From positions 50,871 to 114,870 of the forward strand of contig CAMYJO010000003.1 in the NCBI GenBank assembly GCA_947258755.1: a stretch of 64,000 nucleotides of DNA, read 5' to 3'. The stretch's first letter is position 1, and every line of letters starts with the position of its first letter. A program made the position numbers and the translations under genes. Origin of the DNA: an uncultured Gammaproteobacteria bacterium. Lineage in GTDB: Bacteria > Pseudomonadota > Gammaproteobacteria > JAADHQ01. Positions 60,734 through 64,000 of the stretch are shown piece after piece. Below the pieces are notes generated by a model. The model did not search any database and had not been told where the DNA came from. It saw nothing but the letters and a program-made list of their open reading frames with translations.

Positions 60734-62002
60734 TTATCGGATGTTAATAATTGTCTGCGTCACGGTATCCGCTGTCTGGATGACCTGTGCATTCGACTGG
60801 AAGTTTCTTTGCGCAGTAATCATATTGACCAACTGCTCTGTCAGGTCGACATTGGAACCTTCAAGCGCACCAGACTGGATCAAACCCATGGTGCCTGTAC
60901 CTGCAGTACCTACCAGTGCTGAGCCAGACTCAAATGATTCTGCCCAACTGGTATCACCCAGTTGTAACAAACCGTTCAGGTTGCTGAAATTAGCCATGGC
61001 AACCTGCGCCAGTGTCAGCGACTGACCGTTGGTATAACGCGCAGTGATAACACCTGTTTCACCAACCTCGACGCCACTCAATCGACCAGTGGTATAACCA
61101 TCCTGAAGTAATTCATTGACACCAAAGTCTGTACCGTATTGGCTAAGTGTATTCAGGTCGATATCAATATCGATGGGCGATGAACCCAGGCTTGCGATAG
61201 TCGCAGGATCATAATTGGCAACAGCACCGGTACCTGGAACGACGGTACTGAGCGCACCATCAGCCGTAAAGGTCAATGCCATTGGCGCCGGCGGTACTGA
61301 ACCACCCGTGCCACCAGCAGGGACTAGTTCAGTCTCAGCACCTGAAGGATCGGTTAAGTAGGTATACATATTCCAGGTTGATGCACCCGTCTTCTGGAAG
61401 TACAAGGTTTGCAACAGAGAATTACCACGTGAATCATAGGTCGTTAATGATGTCGAATGGTTATAGGAAGTCGCATCAGCCCTGTCAAAATTCACACCCG
61501 GTGCTGTCTCTGACGAATCAAGATTAGCTGTCAGGGTAATGGAAGATGTCGCATTCGGGGCAAGATCCTGGGTAGAAAGTTGAATATCACCCAGCGCGCC
61601 AGTGATATTACCGGTTGTATCTGCCTGAAATCCTGTCAGGCGCTGATTCTCGCCATTGATCACAAAGCCTTCCCTGTCGACATTGAAACTACCTGCACGA
61701 CTATATTTGACGGCTCCGTTCTCGTTCAATCTAAAGAAGCCTTCACCACTGATGGCCATATCGAGATTATTATTAGTAAAATCGATATTACCTTGGCCGA
61801 ATTCCTGCTTGATTGAGGATACTTTTACGCCAGATCCCGTCGCGTTTGAAGCGGCACCCAGTGATGAGGCGGCAAATATATCGGAAAACTCGGTCCTGGA
61901 TTCCTTAAAACCGACTGTACTTGAATTAGCAACGTTGTTACCGATTACACGAAGATCAGCTGCTGCTGCGTTTAATCCACTTAATGCTATTCTGAAAGGC
62001 AT
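60734..62002 (-). CDS. flgE: Flagellar hook protein FlgE
   Basis: The 422-aa ORF has conserved N- and C-terminal rod/hook helices. Confidence 0.95.
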   Translation of the reverse strand: MPFRIALSGLNAAAADLRVIGNNVANSSTVGFKESRTEFSDIFAASSLGAASNATGSGVKVSSIKQEFGQGNIDFTNNNLDMAISGEGFFRLNENGAVKYSRAGSFNVDREGFVINGENQRLTGFQADTTGNITGALGDIQLSTQDLAPNATSSITLTANLDSSETAPGVNFDRADATSYNHSTSLTTYDSRGNSLLQTLYFQKTGASTWNMYTYLTDPSGAETELVPAGGTGGSVPPAPMALTFTADGALSTVVPGTGAVANYDPATIASLGSSPIDIDIDLNTLSQYGTDFGVNELLQDGYTTGRLSGVEVGETGVITARYTNGQSLTLAQVAMANFSNLNGLLQLGDTSWAESFESGSALVGTAGTGTMGLIQSGALEGSNVDLTEQLVNMITAQRNFQSNAQVIQTADTVTQTIINIR

Positions 62003-62017
62003 AGTATTTCTCCTGTG

Positions 62018-62683
62018 CTAGCTTATCTGTAAAATGTCCGAGAATTTTCTGCTTCCCAGATCACGTATGTTGACATTGATTTCATCTTGATTCCCACCGA
62101 AGGTAATACTATCGACAGGGAGGTTTGCATAATTCTTTACGGCGATACTTTCACCATTAATTTTCGCGTCCACGCTGACCTTATAATGACCTTCAGGAAC
62201 TTCGGAACCATCAGGCAAGGTACCATCCCATTGGTAACGGGTAACGCCCTGACTTAAGGCGCCCAGACTAAAATTATGTACCAGTGTTCCTGCGCCGTTA
62301 TAAACTGACACCTTCACATCAGAGGCAGCATCAGGTAAATCAACTGCTGCATTCATGCCATTCTGATTCAGCGGCAAAAAGTCCGCAGGTACCATGACGT
62401 TCCTGTTAATCAAACCGGCTGCCTGTAGCCCCTGATTAGGGACCATTGCCGATGAGAACTGCGAAAATGATTTTTGCAGATCCTGGATCCCTGATACGGT
62501 GCTGAACTGTGCAATCTGGCCAAGGAAATCACCATTCTCCATTGGTTTGAACGGGTCCTGGTTTTGCATTTGCGTAGTCATAAGCTTCAGAAACTGGTCC
62601 TGCCCAATTTTGTTCTTGTCAACTTCGGTAGCACCGGCATTCAAGCCCAGGTTTTGTAATACACTTGTGTCTATTGCTGTCAT
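62018..62683 (-). CDS. flgD: Hook capping protein FlgD
   Basis: The 221-aa ORF has the sequence FLKLMTTQMQNQDP. Confidence 0.9.
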   Translation of the reverse strand: MTAIDTSVLQNLGLNAGATEVDKNKIGQDQFLKLMTTQMQNQDPFKPMENGDFLGQIAQFSTVSGIQDLQKSFSQFSSAMVPNQGLQAAGLINRNVMVPADFLPLNQNGMNAAVDLPDAASDVKVSVYNGAGTLVHNFSLGALSQGVTRYQWDGTLPDGSEVPEGHYKVSVDAKINGESIAVKNYANLPVDSITFGGNQDEINVNIRDLGSRKFSDILQIS

Positions 62684-62695
62684 TAGTATCTAACC

Positions 62696-63109
62696 TCATT
62701 CACCGAGTTTTAGTGTTGCCAGCATTAATTGCTTGGCAGTATTCAAGACTTCAACATTATTCTGATATGACCTGGATGCAGAAATCATGTTAGCCATTTC
62801 CTCAATCGTACTGACATTCGACTGGAAGACGAAACCTTGCTCATTAGCCAAGGGGTTTTTCGGGTCATAGCGACGTATAGCTTCTTCAGTATTTTCCACG
62901 ATGTTGCTAACACGTACACCGGCTGATGCTGAGTTTCCCAACGCGTCTTTCATGACGGTTTCAAATACCGGGTTTTTGGCGCGATACAGATCTTCTTCCC
63001 TGCCACTGACATTATTTGCATTGGCCATGTTGCTGGAGACGGTGTTTAGTCTGATCGACTGCGCACTCATTCCAGAACCTGCTATATCAAAAACATTAAA
63101 CAAACTCAT
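62696..63109 (-). CDS. flgC: Proximal rod protein FlgC
   Basis: The 137-aa ORF has the N-terminus FNVFDIAGSGMSAQ. Confidence 0.95.
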   Translation of the reverse strand: MSLFNVFDIAGSGMSAQSIRLNTVSSNMANANNVSGREEDLYRAKNPVFETVMKDALGNSASAGVRVSNIVENTEEAIRRYDPKNPLANEQGFVFQSNVSTIEEMANMISASRSYQNNVEVLNTAKQLMLATLKLGE

Positions 63110-63112
63110 GGT

Positions 63113-63508
63113 CTATTCCTCTTTAAATGCTTTTATCATGCCGTTGAATTTTCTTGTCAGAAAATGCAAGGTCGTCTGGTAACGCACGGCATTTTCGGAG
63201 AAAGCGGATTTCTCCATATCCAGATCTACCGTATTACCATCCAGTGAAGGCTGACTTGGTATCCTGTATTTCAATTGCATACCCTTGCTGTCCATACCAA
63301 AAGACTGCAGATGCGATGAACTGGTTTTATGCATTTTCAACATATCGCCCTGGGAGTTCTTCAGCACTTCCTTGAAATCAATATCACGTGCTTTATAGCC
63401 CGGAGTATCTGCATTGGCGATGTTGGATGAGATCGCACTGGTACGCCGCGCTTGAATCATCAGCGCTTGTTCATGACTACCCAGTGCTTTATCGAAATTT
63501 ATTGGCAT
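63113..63508 (-). CDS. flgB: Proximal rod protein FlgB
   Basis: The 131-aa ORF has an N-terminal ALGSHEQALMIQARRTSAISSNIANADTPGYKARDIDF and belongs to the rod-protein family. Confidence 0.95.
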   Translation of the reverse strand: MPINFDKALGSHEQALMIQARRTSAISSNIANADTPGYKARDIDFKEVLKNSQGDMLKMHKTSSSHLQSFGMDSKGMQLKYRIPSQPSLDGNTVDLDMEKSAFSENAVRYQTTLHFLTRKFNGMIKAFKEE

Positions 63509-63543
63509 TGCCTGTTCCAGTTAAGTATTTTCTAAGAATACTA

Positions 63544-63560
63544 TTGCAACAGACGTGCCA
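63544..63560 (-). promoter_or_regulatory. Sigma54 promoter for the flgB operon (perfect TGGCAC-N5-TTGCA)
   Basis: The reverse complement of ttgcaacagacgtgcca is TGGCACGTCTGTTGCAA. It lies about 36 nt upstream of the flgB ATG. Confidence 0.75.
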
Positions 63561-63600
63561 GGTTAGTTAAGTACTTGTATTATAATAGGATAATGGTTTT

Positions 63601-63648
63601 TTGGAGGAGAAATGATAACGCCTGACGGCAATGTTTTCCGTCAGGCGG
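63601..63648 (-). terminator. Terminator hairpin after cheR (10-bp stem CGCCTGACGG/CCGTCAGGCG)
   Basis: The perfect stem at 63619-63648 has a 10-nt loop, with a T-rich tract on either side. It separates cheR from the flgB promoter. Confidence 0.5.
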
Positions 63649-63686
63649 CAATATTTGTTTTCGTTTCCGCGGTAATCTGCCGCGAA

Positions 63687-64000
63687 TCAGGGTTTCAGTT
63701 GATAGACTACGCCACCGTGGGTTCTGACCATATCCAGCTTATCCGTGATGCCGGCAATCGACTCAGAACCGCCGAGAAACAGGTAACCACCCGGGTTAAG
63801 ACAACGACACATTTTTTCCAGGATTTCTCGCTTCGACTCCGTTGAGAAATAGATCAGTACATTCCTGCAAAAAATAATATCAAAACGCCCCAGTAAGGCA
63901 TAACTCTGTAGCAGGTTCATGGTCTTGAACTGTATTCTCGATTTAACGATAGGATTAATTTGCCAGTAATTCGGCGTTTCCCGAAAATATTTTTTCTTTC
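63687..64000 (-). CDS. cheR: Chemotaxis methyltransferase CheR (C-terminal part; 5' end beyond window)
   Basis: The frame stays open to the window edge. It contains FDIIFCRNVLIYF and LNPGGYLFLGGSE, the CheR SAM-binding motifs. Confidence 0.85.
   Translation of the reverse strand, partial: KKKYFRETPNYWQINPIVKSRIQFKTMNLLQSYALLGRFDIIFCRNVLIYFSTESKREILEKMCRCLNPGGYLFLGGSESIAGITDKLDMVRTHGGVVYQLKP

Noticed and set aside
63612-63845. 77-aa plus-strand ORF.
   Set aside because: It overlaps the cheR C-terminus, which has clear CheR motifs on the opposite strand.

Overview
The window holds a nearly complete, Pseudomonas/Vibrio-style polar flagellum and chemotaxis supercluster. It is almost all on the minus strand and is contiguous from cheR (right edge) to cheW (about 9.4 kb). 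Gene order, from high to low coordinates, is cheR(partial), flgBCDEFGHIJKL, a giant glycosyltransferase/methyltransferase gene, fliC, flaG, fliD, fliS, fliT-like, a hypothetical, fleQ, fleS, fleR, fliEFGHIJK, fliLMNOPQR, flhB, flhA, flhF, fleN, fliA, cheY, cheZ, cheA, cheB, motA, motB, parC-like, parP-like and cheW.

Left of that are:
- a DUF2802 gene;
- a plus-strand sigma28-driven pair, a second FliK-like ruler protein and a FlhB-C-terminal-domain protein;
- a small island with a GYF/pentapeptide-repeat membrane protein, a spermidine-synthase-fold protein and an orphan PAS histidine kinase;
- a complete AmmeMemoRadiSam trio (amrS divergent from amrB-amrA).

By eye I could place six sigma54 (TGGCAC-N5-TTGCA-type) promoters in front of flgB, fliD, fleS, fliE, fliL and flhA, plus a sigma54-like box in front of the giant GT gene. 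I also placed sigma28 promoters in front of fliC and the fliK-like operon, and several hairpin terminators.

The most unusual items are:
1. a single roughly 7.7 kb ORF (about 2570-2590 aa) fusing two methyltransferase domains, at least five glycosyltransferase domains and TPR blocks. It sits between fliC and flgL, exactly where flagellin glycosylation islands sit, next to an unusually short, Ser/Thr-rich flagellin.
2. a 360-bp element between flhB and flhA made of 17 tandem GTGGCTA heptamers, a perfect 27-bp inverted-repeat (REP/BIME-like) pair and an inverted heptamer array. It abuts the flhA sigma54 promoter.
3. a cheA whose reading frame is broken inside the P5 (CheW-like) domain, with the conserved C-terminal end of P5 stranded in the +1 frame.

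No rRNA, tRNA or CRISPR was recognised. All calls rest on reading the sequence and ORF translations. No database search was run.
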